Below, piece after piece: positions 10,500 through 20,100 of a DNA stretch of 57,347 bases (positions within the stretch are counted from its first letter, which is position 1; each line of letters opens with the position of its first letter). The stretch is taken from the sequence record SRR20825019_1390. The stretch is one strand, 5' to 3'. Under the pieces are notes generated by a model, which saw only the letters and a program-made list of their open reading frames with translations, did no database searches and was not told the origin of the DNA. The translations under genes were made by a program, and so were the position numbers.

Positions 10500-11312
10500 T
10501 CAGGTCTGGACCTGCCGTGCCGAACCGTATACCAGCAGGAATACGGCAAAACCCGTCACCACCACCGAGGGGCCGGCCGGTGTGTCCAGGTGCCAGGACA
10601 TCGTAAGTCCACCACTGACGGCGATAAAACCGAACAGGATGGCCAGCCCCACCATATGTTCGGGGTTGCCGGCCAATCTTCTGGCGGTGGCTGCCGGAAT
10701 GATCAGTAATGCGGTAATCAGCAGGACTCCGACAATCTTCATGGCCACTGCGATCACGATGGAAAACATCAGCATTAGCACCAGCCGCAGACGTTCAACC
10801 GGTACGCCCTCAACCCGCGCCAGTTCCTCGTGAATGGTGCTCATCAGAAGACCGCGCCAGAGTGCAGTCAGTAACGCCAGAATCAGGACGGCACCGCCGT
10901 ATATCCACAACAGGTCGTTTCGGCTCATGGCCAGCAGGTCCCCGAACAGCAGGCCGGTCAGGTCCACTCGAATGTCGGGCATGAAGCTGAGTGTGACCAG
11001 GCCGATGGCCAGGGCACTATGGGCGAGGATACCCAGCAGGGTATCGGTGGCCAGAGTCTTGCTGCGAGAGAACAGCACCAGGGCAATCGCCAGCACCACG
11101 CAGGTCACGATAACCCCCACATTCAGCGGAACACTGATCAGAAAACTCAGGGCAATGCCCAGCAATGCGGAGTGCGCCAGGGTGTCGCCGAAATAGGCCA
11201 TCCGCCGCCACACCACGAAGCAGCCCAGCGGACCGGCGATCAGGGCTACACCGAGACCGCCAATCAGCGCCCGCCAGAAAAAGTCGCCGAGCACGGCATC
11301 AATGATGGGCAT
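10500..11312 (-). CDS. znuB: Zinc ABC transporter permease
   Basis: GCFVVWRRMAYFGDTLAH, LLFGDLL and LIIPAATAR motifs. Confidence 0.95.
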   Translation of the reverse strand: MPIIDAVLGDFFWRALIGGLGVALIAGPLGCFVVWRRMAYFGDTLAHSALLGIALSFLISVPLNVGVIVTCVVLAIALVLFSRSKTLATDTLLGILAHSALAIGLVTLSFMPDIRVDLTGLLFGDLLAMSRNDLLWIYGGAVLILALLTALWRGLLMSTIHEELARVEGVPVERLRLVLMLMFSIVIAVAMKIVGVLLITALLIIPAATARRLAGNPEHMVGLAILFGFIAVSGGLTMSWHLDTPAGPSVVVTGFAVFLLVYGSARQVQT

Positions 11313-12075
11313 GGGAGCACTCCGCGTGGTCATCGTGGTCGGCGGACACCACATCGCCATGCAGATCGTGGCTGTGGTTGTGGTGGTGATGGTATACCGC
11401 GAGACTTTCCGCTACCGGACGACCGAAGGTTTCGATAAAGGCGGGATCGTGGGAGATATCCGCCGGATACCCGCTGCAGCAGACGTGCTGGTTCAGGCAG
11501 ATAACCTTGTCGGTGGCGGCCATGACCAAATGCAGATCATGGGAGATCATGATCACACCGCAGTTCAGTTCGTCCCGCAGGCTACGGATCAGCTCATAGA
11601 GCGAGGCCTGGCCATTGATGTCCACGCCTTGGGCCGGTTCGTCCAGAACCAGTAGATCTGGCCTGCGAGCCAGCGCCCTCGCGAGCAGCAATCGCTGTTT
11701 TTCGCCACCGGACAATCGATGAACCGAGGCGTCGAGCAAATGTTCCACACCGGTCTTGGTCAGCGCTTCAACGCACTCCTGGTGTGATCGGCCACTGAGC
11801 AGCATGAACCGCTTTACGCTGAGTGGCAGTGTCGTTTCCAGTGTCAGGTGCTGGGGCACGTAACCGATGGTGAGCCCGGGCGCGATAGTCAGGGCACCGC
11901 CCGAGACCGGCTGGATACCCAGTATAGCTTTGATCAGTGTGGTCTTTCCGGCACCATTGGGGCCGATAATGGTGATGATATCCCCGCGCTGGACTCGCAG
12001 ATCCACACGGTCCACCACGGGGCGGTCATCGAAGTTGACGGTTAATCGGTTCAGCTCTACCAATGCATCAGTCAT
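11299..12075 (-). CDS. znuC: Zinc ABC transporter ATPase
   Basis: GPNGAGKT, LSGGEKQR, LDEP and a His-rich C-terminal tail. Confidence 0.96.
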   Translation of the reverse strand: MTDALVELNRLTVNFDDRPVVDRVDLRVQRGDIITIIGPNGAGKTTLIKAILGIQPVSGGALTIAPGLTIGYVPQHLTLETTLPLSVKRFMLLSGRSHQECVEALTKTGVEHLLDASVHRLSGGEKQRLLLARALARRPDLLVLDEPAQGVDINGQASLYELIRSLRDELNCGVIMISHDLHLVMAATDKVICLNQHVCCSGYPADISHDPAFIETFGRPVAESLAVYHHHHNHSHDLHGDVVSADHDDHAECSHAHH

Positions 12076-12559
12076 GGGCAGTGTCCGATTTACAGCCTGG
12101 GCAAGTGCCGGATACCTCGATGGTCATGTTGTCTGGCTGGAAAGCCTCGTCCGCCGCAGCACTCTGGACCGCATCGGATACGCCGGGCGCCGTCAGTTCC
12201 AGCACGTTGCCGCAACAACGGCAGATCAGGAACAACCCATGGTGGTTCTTATCCGTGTGAGTGCAGCCGACGAATGCGTTCAGTGACGCAATCCGGTGAA
12301 CAAGTCCGTGCTGCTGCAGAAAATCCAGTGCGCGGTACACCGTGGGGGGCGCGGCATTGTGACCATCCGCAGCCAGCACGGCAAGCACGTCGTAGGCGCC
12401 AAGTGGCTTGTGGGATTGCCAGATCAGTTCCAGCACCCGTTCACGGGTGGGTGTCAGGCGGGCATTGTGCTGCTGACAGATAGTTCGGGCCTCTGTCAGC
12501 GCCTGGGCAACACAGGCGTCATGATTGTGCGGTCGATAGGGAAGAGCGCTGGGTGACAT
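12068..12559 (-). CDS. zur: Zinc uptake regulator, Fur family
   Basis: HNHDAC, PPTVYRALDFL and two CxxC motifs; first gene of the znuCB operon. Confidence 0.93.
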   Translation of the reverse strand: MSPSALPYRPHNHDACVAQALTEARTICQQHNARLTPTRERVLELIWQSHKPLGAYDVLAVLAADGHNAAPPTVYRALDFLQQHGLVHRIASLNAFVGCTHTDKNHHGLFLICRCCGNVLELTAPGVSDAVQSAAADEAFQPDNMTIEVSGTCPGCKSDTAHD

Positions 12560-12575
12560 GGGCACTGTCCTGTAG

Positions 12576-12598
12576 AATTTGCAACATTATAACATTAG
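12576..12598 (-). promoter_or_regulatory. Zur box overlapping a probable -10 element of zur-znuCB
   Basis: The minus strand reads CTAATGTTATAATGTTGCAAATT, close to the TGTTATnnnATAACA consensus and containing TATAAT. Confidence 0.8.
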
Positions 12599-12644
12599 CA
12601 AAAGACAGTGCCAGGTGTGATGGTGTGCTGATCACCGGTGAGCG

Positions 12645-13106
12645 CTAGCGGGAGGCCTCCAGTGCCAATGACTCGAGGTAGCCGAGGTCGGGAATAAAGG
12701 CGGTTTCGCCTTCGACTTCAACCGCCATCAGGTCGGCAGGGCCGGTGTCGCCGTCAACCTTCTTCAACTGATCTTCGGTCAGACGTGTCTGGCTGGGGAT
12801 GCCCTGGGTGACCAGCGCCATAAAGGGGACCGAGTTATGGTGATCACCGATGGTGTTCAGTATGACGATTCGGCCCCGATTGCCACCGGGCACGGTCAGT
12901 TTGCCGCCATTCGCGGCATCGTAGGAGATCACCGGCAGGTTCAGGCCCCGCCAATCAAGCTCGCCCACCAGCCACTCCGGTGAATGCGCAGCGGGGTCGG
13001 AGCTGGCGAAGTCCACCACTTCCGCAATCGACACGTTAGGCAGCAGCAATTGCTTCTCGCTCATCGGTATCATGACGCAGGGCAGGGTTTGGCTGTTATC
13101 GTTCAT
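12645..13106 (-). CDS. chpC: CheW-like adaptor
   Basis: LLLPNVSIAEVV and GELDWRGLNLPVI; last gene of the Pil-Chp operon. Confidence 0.88.
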   Translation of the reverse strand: MNDNSQTLPCVMIPMSEKQLLLPNVSIAEVVDFASSDPAAHSPEWLVGELDWRGLNLPVISYDAANGGKLTVPGGNRGRIVILNTIGDHHNSVPFMALVTQGIPSQTRLTEDQLKKVDGDTGPADLMAVEVEGETAFIPDLGYLESLALEASR

Positions 13107-13117
13107 CACTCATTTCC

Positions 13118-14170
13118 TCAGGCGGAATCCCGTTTTTGCCGGCCCTTGAGCAGGCAGGATTCTTCAATCGTTTTGACGAGTTCGCGGGCGAGCTGTTCAG
13201 GTGTACCACAGTATACGGAACACCCGGTTGCTGCCACGGAATCCGGCATGGAACTGTTACCGCAGCTGCCGCTCTCCTGGACCCATATGCGGCTACCATA
13301 GGCTTTCAGCAGTGGCGCGGCAATGGCACCATCGTTGCCCATACCGGAAAAGATGATGGCATGGCATCGGGCACCGTAATGGTCGCCGATGTTCAGCAGT
13401 ACCTGGTCAATGGAGGGGCCATAGGGGCCGGGCCAGGGTGTTTCCCTTTCCCTGAGTGCACCGCTGTCGTCCAGAGTCCACTCTCGCTCCACCGGCATCA
13501 GCACAACATCGCCATTGTGAACACGATACCCGGTTTCAGCCCGTTTGAGCTGGTAGTGGGCGTGGCGGCCCAGCACGCGAGTCAGCACGTCGGTGAAATT
13601 GTTGTCGATGTGTTGGGCATAGATAAAACCCACTGGTAATCCGGGCGGCAGGTTGTCCAGAAAGGTTTTCACCGCGGCCGGGCCGCCCAGTGACGCCCCC
13701 AGAATCCAGACCTCTTCCGCCGGCAGGTCCGCTGAGGCCGGCTGGATCCAGTGAGGCAGTTTGGGAGAGGTTTCCGATTGCGGTTGTTCGGTGGCCAGCT
13801 CTTCAATAGCGGCCGCGGAATCCAGCTTTTCCAGGTGCCCGAGGGACTGCTCCAGCTTGTCCAGCAACCGGCGTTCCCAGCGGAAGTACTCCGTGGTGCC
13901 CGGTTTTGGGGCCGGGTCGAGACCAAACAGTACGGGGGCCTCGGTGTTCTCCAACAGGTGGTCAAACAGCACTGGGTGATCGGCTTCGTCTTCCAGGGTA
14001 ATCAACCACAGGCTGGCTTCCGGGAATTCAGGGTAGCCCTGCAGGCGATCCGGGTCTCCGGAAAAGCAAACGTCCAGGCCGAACCTGGACGAGGCTTCCT
14101 GCAGGCGATGACGCTGCAGGACGATATCCGAGACGATACCGACCGCTGGCCGTCCTGGCTGGCCGGTCAT
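13118..14170 (-). CDS. chpB: CheB-like methylesterase
   Basis: GASLGG, AQH and SGMGNDG catalytic motifs; start overlaps the chpA stop (TGATG). Confidence 0.9.
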   Translation of the reverse strand: MTGQPGRPAVGIVSDIVLQRHRLQEASSRFGLDVCFSGDPDRLQGYPEFPEASLWLITLEDEADHPVLFDHLLENTEAPVLFGLDPAPKPGTTEYFRWERRLLDKLEQSLGHLEKLDSAAAIEELATEQPQSETSPKLPHWIQPASADLPAEEVWILGASLGGPAAVKTFLDNLPPGLPVGFIYAQHIDNNFTDVLTRVLGRHAHYQLKRAETGYRVHNGDVVLMPVEREWTLDDSGALRERETPWPGPYGPSIDQVLLNIGDHYGARCHAIIFSGMGNDGAIAAPLLKAYGSRIWVQESGSCGNSSMPDSVAATGCSVYCGTPEQLARELVKTIEESCLLKGRQKRDSA

Positions 14171-17100
14171 CACTGATTCCTGGTCAGCCGCGTGATGGTG
14201 TCAAGCAGCTCGGTTTCCTGGAAAGGCTTGCCGAGGTATTCATTGACGCCAATGGCCAGCGCTCGCTCACGGTGTTTCTCACCGGTTCGGGAGGTAATCA
14301 TGCAGATCGGCGTGTCCCGCAGGTTGTCATCGTGGCGCACAAAGCTCGCAACCTCGAAGCCGTCCATTCGGGGCATCTCGATATCCAGCAGGATAATATC
14401 CGGCTTGTGATCCTGTAGCTGTGCGACCGCATCCAGGCCGTCTTTGGCCGTGATCACTTCCATGCCATTACGCTCCAGCAGGCGGGACGTTACCTTGCGC
14501 ACTGTTACCGAGTCATCCACCACCATCACCACGGTGGACTGCTCCTCACGGCGGGAGGCTTCCTTCGCATTCTCAAGGTTCGCCAGGCGCTGGCGCTCGG
14601 AGAGAATATCGGAACGGATCATGGCCGGCAGATCGAGAATCACCACCACGTTACCGTCACCCAGAATGGTGGCACCGGACACACCCCTGACCGTACTGAA
14701 CTGCGGTCCGAGCGATTTAACCACGATTTCGCGACTACCCATCAGGCTGTCCACCTGCAGGGCCATGGGCTGTTCGGCACCCCGCACCAGGATAACCGGT
14801 AACGGCAGGGCCTGACCCTGCAGCTTGGGATGGTGATCACTGTTCAGCAGGCTGCCGAGATACTGCAGGCGGTACTGCTGTCCTGCGTATTCGTACATCG
14901 GTGCGTCAGGCTTGTAGTATTCCTCAAGCTCGTAGGTACTGACCCGAACGATGCCCTCAATGGTGTTCAACGGAATGGCGTAGAAGTCCTCGCCGGTAGA
15001 CACCATCAATGCCCGGTTGACCGATACGGTGAAGGGCAGTCGAACGGTAAAGACGGTGCCCTTGCCAACGGTGGAGTCGATGTCCAGGCTGCCACCTAGC
15101 TGCTTGATCTCGCTGGCAACCACATCCATGCCCACGCCGCGGCCGGAAATCTGGGTAACGGCCTGGGCGGTGGAGAAACCGGGTTGCAGGATGAACTGCA
15201 GGATTTCCCGTTCGCTCAGGTCCTCGTCCTTGGCCATCATGCCCTGGCGAATGGCCTTGTCGCGAATGACCTGGGCGGGAATGCCCGCGCCATCGTCGAT
15301 CATCCGCAACACCACGTCACCACCTTCGCGGGTCAGCGACAGCGTCACTTCGCCGGTCTCCGGCTTGCCGTTCTTCTTGCGGTCGGCCGGCTTTTCGATG
15401 CCGTGGTCCAGTGCGTTACGCAGCATGTGCTCCAGCGGCGCGATCATGCGCTCGAGGATGTTGCGGTCCATTTCCCCTTCCGGGTTGCGGACATCGAACT
15501 CGACTTTCTTGCTGAGCTCGCCGCTGATCTGACGGACAATCCGGCGCAGCCTGGGCACCATGGAGGCAAACGGAATCATCCGGGTCTTCATCAGACCTTC
15601 CTGGAGTTCCGTGTTGATCCGCGATTGTTGTACCAGCAGGGTCTCGGTGTCCCTAACCCGGTCGGACAGGGTTTCCCTCAGATCCGCAAGGTCCGACGAT
15701 GACTCCGTCAGGGCCCGTGACAGCTGCTGGATGGCGGAATAGCGGTCCATCTCAAGCGGGTCGAAGTCGTCGCCGTAATCCGGGCCGTGCTCTTTCTCTG
15801 CGCGGAACAGGATCTGGGTCTCGGTTTCGATTTCCATCCGGCGCAGCTGCTCGCGCAGACGCTCGATGGTGGCGGCCATTTCGTCCAGGTTGTGGCTGAA
15901 ATCGCTGGTTTGCTGTTCCAGTCGACCACGGGTAATACTGGTTTCACCGGCCAGGTTAACCAATTCGTCCAGCAGCGGCGCGGAGACCCGGATGGTTTCC
16001 TGGGGCGCACGCTGGGCGGCAGCCGCTTTCGCGGGCGTCTTGGACGGAACCTTGTTGGGTTTGGGCGCGGGTACGACCGGTTTTTCCGGTTTGGCAGGCG
16101 CTTCCGCCGCCGGCTCCTGGGTCTTCGGCAATTTCTCTGTTTTTGCGTCCGGTTTGGCGGGTTCTGGAACAGCGCCTGTGTCTTCAAACCGCTTACGGAT
16201 ATCTCCCACCAGCGCCACAATTGCGTCGTGGTCATTGGTGATGGCCTGCCAGGCCTCGTCGCCCGGGGTATTACCGCCCAGGTCGATCAGCCGCGTTTCC
16301 AACGCGTGGGCCTGGTCGCCAAGCTCGACAAGCTGCGACAGCCGCGCACCACCTTTAAGGGTATGGAGGGCGCGCTGGGCTTCCTGGTTAAAGTGGTGGT
16401 TAGCCGGGTCCTTACGCCAGTCATCCAGTAACTGCTCCAACTGGTCGAGGATCTCGCCGGCCTCTTCCAGGAAAATCTCCAGGACTTCGGCATCGACGGT
16501 TTCACCGTCTGCAGAGGGTTCAGCCTGAGTGGCGGGCTCGGACAGCTCGTCACCGGAGACTTTGTGGGCGTCGTTCAGTGCTTCAACCAACACCATGTCC
16601 GCAGTGGGCTTGTTGCCCTCTTCCAGGCTGGTGAGCATGGTTTTCAGTGTGCCATGCGCTTTTTCACTGAGTTCCAACAGGATTGACTGATTGCTGGAAC
16701 CGGCGATCAGAGGGTCCAGGGCATCAGACCAGGCCTCGGCCAGATCGGCAATCGGGTCGACATCGGACAGACGAGCGCCACCCTTGAGGGTATGCAGCTC
16801 CTGCTGCAACTGGGTAACGCCAGCCAGTTCTTCAGGCTCGTCGCGCCACTGGGCCAGGCATTCGCCAATGGCTTCGTGAATCTCCAGGCCTTCGTCGAGG
16901 AAGATGCCAACCAGGTCATCGTCGGAGGCCTTTGCAATAGCCTCTGTGACGGATGCCGGTTGTTCGTCGGCTGTGGGTGCCTCGTCGACGGGTTCCGGTT
17001 CTTCCGCTGGGTCTTCAGGTTCCGCGGATGGTATTGGCTTGCCAGAGAGGATGGCTTCAACCTTGGCCACCAGTTCTGTTGCCGGCGGGCAGGGTTTCTG

Positions 17101-20100
17101 GGTGGCAACCTGTTCAACCATTTGCGCCAATCGGTCGTGGCAGGCAAACAACAGATCGTTCATGTCGCTGCTGGCGTTCAGTTGGCCTTCGGCGACTTTC
17201 TCGAACAAATCTTCAAGTACGTGGGTCAGGTCGCCAATGGCATCGACGCCCGCCATCCGGGCACCGCCTTTGAGCGTGTGCACATCGCGTTGCAGCTCCG
17301 CCGCCACATCGCGATTGTTGGGGTCTTCACTCCAGGTATGTAACGCGCTGCCTGTGGAGTTGATCAGGTCGTAGGCTTCTTCCAGGAAGATGCCGATCAG
17401 TTCCGGGTCCAGATGAGACAGATCGGTGGCGTGCTCCTCTTCAGGTTCCTCCACCGTGCTTTCTGGCTCTTCGGTATCATCCTCTTCCAATTCGGCCAGC
17501 GGAATCTCGTCATCGTCTTCCGGTTCAGCGTCCTGCTTTCTGACATCGGTCACTGGCCTGGAGCCCGTGGCGCTGTCCATGTAGGCGTGGATTTCACTGA
17601 TCAGGTCCGGCGCCGGGCGCGGTGGCTCCTGTTGCTCAAGGGCATCGACCATGCCTGCCAGTCGATCATGGCAGCGGAACAGCAGGTCGGAAAGCTCACC
17701 GGTAACGGCAAGCCGTTGCTCGGTCAGTCCTTCAAACAGGTTCTCCAGCTCATGGGAAAGATCGCCCACCGGTTGGATATCCGCCAGGCGAGCGCCGCCC
17801 TTGAGGGTATGCAGGTCCCGTTGTAGAAGGCGTAAAAGATCCAGGTTTTCGGTGTTGTCGCTCCAGCTCTGCAAGGCATCGGCGGTGCTGTCGATCAGGT
17901 CCCGGGCTTCCTCAAGGAAGATCTCCGCCAGTTCCTGGTCCATGTCTTCATCGGTGTCCGCCAACGGTGGCTGCTCGCCATCGAGTTCCGGAGCATCTTC
18001 CGCCTCGGCTTCCAGGCTGCGATCGATCTCTTCCAGATCCCCGGTGAACTCCTGCTCAAACGCATCCGGCTCATTGTCTGCGGGCGTCGCGGGAGCGAGG
18101 GTGTCCAGCTCGGCAATCAGATCGGCGCTGGCCTCGGTGGCCAGTCCGGCCGCGACCTGATCCATCATGTTGATCAGGTGTTCATGGCCTGCACGCACAC
18201 TGTCGTAGAAAGGCGAGTCGGGAACAAAATCGGGGTTTGAGGCACGCTCGTAAACCTGTCTCAGAGCACCTGACAGCTCAGCAACATCGGCCAATCCGGC
18301 GTCCTGTGCGCCCTCGGTGAGCAGGTGCAGCTCCTTGCGCAGGGTGTCCAGGGCGGAGGTTGCTTCGGGATTTTCCGACCACTCATCAAGAATCCGGTCG
18401 GCATCCAGCAGGATATCCAGACCTTCGTTCAGGAACAGCTGAACCAGTTGCGGTCGTGCGCTTTCTTGCGGTTCATCGGTTCGGGAGCCATCGCCACGCA
18501 GGGTGGCATTGCTGACCTGCTCCAGTTTTGCCAGGAAGGTTTCGGTGCCCGGCAGGTCCGCCTGGGGATTCTCCCGAATCTGGCCAAGGCCCTGGGTCAG
18601 GAAATGACAAGTATCGCCAATCAGGCTTATAACGTCGCGATCGGCCCGTTTGTTTTGTGCCCGGGCTTCCTTGACGAAGCGTTCCAGGGGCGTGATCACC
18701 GCGGCAATAGGTGCGATACCGGCGGTGTGTGCGCTGCCTTTGAGGGTATGAAGCGCGCGAGACAGGTCATCGGTATAAGCAACGCTCGCTTTGTCGCCTG
18801 CGGCATCGAGGAAATCCCGCAGGGTTTGCAAGTGGGTTTCGGTTTCACTTTCGAAAATATCCAGCAGCACTGGGTCGACGACGGTGTCGTCTTCCTCTTC
18901 CGCTGCTGTCAATTCTGGCTCGGCTTCTCCGTTCGTCGCTCCTGACTGTGGCTCAGACGGAGGCATGGTGCTGGCATCGGGAATTTCGCCGTTTGCCAGG
19001 GCGTTGGCGCGTGCTTCCATGCTCGATGTATCGCGGGAAGGGGGCTGGCGTTTCTCGAAATCGTCAACCAATTCCGGCAGGGCCGCGGTAACGTCTTCCA
19101 GCAGCGCCGCAATGTCGTCGTTCATGAAAATGCTGCCGTCAATCACGCGGTTCAGCATGTTCTCAACAGACCAGGCCAGTTCGCCGACAACCAGCGCACC
19201 CACCATCCGACCACTTCCCTTCAGGGTATGGAAAGCGCGCCGGACTTCCGAGAGCGCCGTGCGGTCGTCGTGCTGACGTAGCAACATGGGCAGGTATTCG
19301 CGAACGGTATCCAGTACCTCACCGGCTTCCTCGATAAAGATCTCGAGAATTTCATCGTCGATAAGGTCATCGTCAAACTCAACCTCAGCTGCGGACGGAT
19401 GCCCGGTACTGACAGCTTCGCCGTCGTTGCCACTGTCGATTGTGGGTAGCTCATCATCCGCTGAACTGCCGTCTTCCGATGCGGTGTCGATGTCAGTTTT
19501 TCGCGTGGTAGACAGAGCTTCAGCGCGTTCAATCAGCTCTCCAACCTCGCCATCGGCCTGTCCGTCACGGAAGTCGTTGATCAGCGCAGGAATTCGACTG
19601 TTGACGTCATCAATCAGGCTGAACATGTCATCGGTCGGTCGTAGCGTCTGGTCGATCACCCGGTTGAGCAGGTTTTCCACGGACCATGCCAGTTCACCGA
19701 TGCTGGTTGCGCCCACGAGCCGGCCACTGCCCTTGAGGGTGTGGAACGCGCGGCGGACTTCAGTCAGTGCGTCGCGATCGTCGTGGTTTTGGCGCAGGCG
19801 AGGATAGAATTCATTGATGGTTTCCAGGACTTCTTCGGCTTCCTCAATGAAAATGCCGAGGATCTCATCATCCAGCAGTTCTTTATCGGAGCTCTTGGAT
19901 TCGGCTTCTACCGATTCGACGGGTACTTCCGAATCAATAACCGGCACGTCGTCAGCTGTTGGATGCTGCCAGGTAGGCTCCTCGCCAACCGGGAAGCCCA
20001 GGGAGTTCAGGCTGGCCTCGGCAACCCCGAGTACGCTCTCATTGTCGCTGATGCCCTCGGCGAGCCGCTCCAGATAGTACTCAATACTGGTAATAGCGTC

